Virus record (IMG/VR): IMGVR_UViG_3300020045_001519
Span: 1-36,670 of that record
Strand: one strand, 5' to 3'
DNA: 36,670 nucleotides
From: a virus
Lineage: Duplodnaviria; Caudoviricetes
The notes beneath the pieces were generated by a model, which saw only the letters and a program-made list of their open reading frames with translations, was not told where the DNA came from and made no database searches. The position numbers were made by a program, and so were the translations under genes. Of this stretch, positions 35,627 through 36,670 are shown piece after piece (position 1 is the stretch's first letter; each line of letters opens with the position of its first letter).

Positions 35627-35938
35627 ATGAAAGGAAAATATTTAATAACTTGTGATAATTGGTTTTTTGCACCAGATGGTAGACAATATAGAAATGTTTG
35701 GGGCGAAGTAGAAATTTTAAACGATTCTATTTTAGGAATAAAAACAAATATAAGAAGTTCAAATTGGTTTTGTAAAATAGGGTCAAATGAGAATCATGTT
35801 ATAATAGCTGGATGTCAAATACATTATGCTGTGAAATGTGAAAAGCCAAATAATTCCGATTTAATCAATGATTTTTCGGCTGAAAATGGAGAAGTAAAAT
35901 ACTATACTAGACCTTCATTAATTTATATTATAGAATAA
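35627..35938 (+). CDS. Hypothetical protein
   Basis: ORF track. Confidence 0.65.
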   Translation: MKGKYLITCDNWFFAPDGRQYRNVWGEVEILNDSILGIKTNIRSSNWFCKIGSNENHVIIAGCQIHYAVKCEKPNNSDLINDFSAENGEVKYYTRPSLIYIIE

Positions 35939-35951
35939 TTAAACGTAAATA

Positions 35952-35982
35952 TTTGCGTATATTAAAATAAAGTTTAACTTTG
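35952..35982 (+). promoter_or_regulatory. Bacteroidota promoter for the recombination/replication genes
   Basis: TTTG(CGTAT) 35952-35955, 19-nt spacer, TAACTTTG 35975-35982. Confidence 0.7.
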
Positions 35983-36009
35983 CACTATTAACCAATAAAA
36001 AATATAATA

Positions 36010-36441
36010 ATGTCAAAACAACTTTTCGAACTAATGCAACAACAGCAAATCGCTGAGGCATTTCCAACTAAAAAGCAAGTGCAATCTAATGCACAACAAT
36101 TCGCAAATGAATTGATTGAAAACGGTGAACAGGACAAATTAGAAATGTTTGCTCAGGCTATTAGAATTAACGAGGCTTTGTCAATCGTTACCGATACGCT
36201 AAAAAAGTCTTTGCCAGTTGAAAATCAAACAGCTTACGGAATTGAAATTGTACCTGTAAATGGCCGCACAATGATTCAATACAACGAGGATCCAATCTGG
36301 CAACAATTAAATGCTGATTTGAAAGCTCGTGAAGAACTTTTAAAACTTGCACTTAAACAGGATGTTATTGACGCTTATGGAAACGATGTGCCAAAAGTTT
36401 CTGTAAAATATAGTTCTGATTCATTAACAGTAAAATACTAG
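36010..36441 (+). CDS. Hypothetical protein next to the annealase
   Basis: ORF track. Confidence 0.7.
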   Translation: MSKQLFELMQQQQIAEAFPTKKQVQSNAQQFANELIENGEQDKLEMFAQAIRINEALSIVTDTLKKSLPVENQTAYGIEIVPVNGRTMIQYNEDPIWQQLNADLKAREELLKLALKQDVIDAYGNDVPKVSVKYSSDSLTVKY

Positions 36442-36444
36442 AAT

Positions 36445-36670
36445 ATGCAATTAAATACACCATTAACAATAACTGAAATAGATTTTAGAGTTCAATCAGT
36501 TAATAAAGGAGGTTACGCTACTATTTTAGCGTATAAAGATGCTAGGGTTGATATGAATAGACTTGATGAAGTTTATGGAGTTGAGGGATGGCAGAAAAAA
36601 TATGAATTAATTGACAATCATTTATTTTGTTCCGTTGGAATATGGTCGGATAAATTAAGTCAATGGATTT
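36445..36670 (+). CDS. Sak/Rad52-like single-strand annealing protein, 3'-truncated
   Basis: Hand translation MQLNTPLTITEIDFRVQS...LAYKDARVDMNRLDEVYGVEGWQ...LFCSVGIW. Confidence 0.75.
   Translation, partial: MQLNTPLTITEIDFRVQSVNKGGYATILAYKDARVDMNRLDEVYGVEGWQKKYELIDNHLFCSVGIWSDKLSQWI

Overview
Near-complete genome of an AT-rich, HK97-type tailed phage (siphovirus-like). The recurrent TAnnTTTG promoters and the gene content point to a Bacteroidota host, probably Flavobacterium-like. All credible genes are on the + strand. The order is: end of a DUF3127/SSB-like gene, replication initiator with iterons, Twinkle/T7-gp4-like primase-helicase, nin-like accessory region (HNH endonucleases, resolvase-like protein, adenine methylase, YadA-like adhesin, tRNA-like RNA), terS-HNH-terL, head, neck and tail genes, tail fibres, lysis cassette, many short early ORFs, and the start of a Sak/Rad52-like annealase. 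No integrase or CRISPR array is visible. The most notable feature is that terL is interrupted inside its Walker A motif by a 40-nt non-triplet insert carrying a stop codon and a hairpin, directly behind a free-standing HNH gene. This is the layout of the T4 mobA/gene 60 ribosomal-bypass cassette. Also notable: three covarying kissing-loop leader RNAs, a Leu-type tRNA scaffold with about 140 nt in place of the anticodon/variable arms, and twin micro-peptides behind twin Fur-box-like promoters. All functional calls come from motif recognition by eye; no database searches were run.
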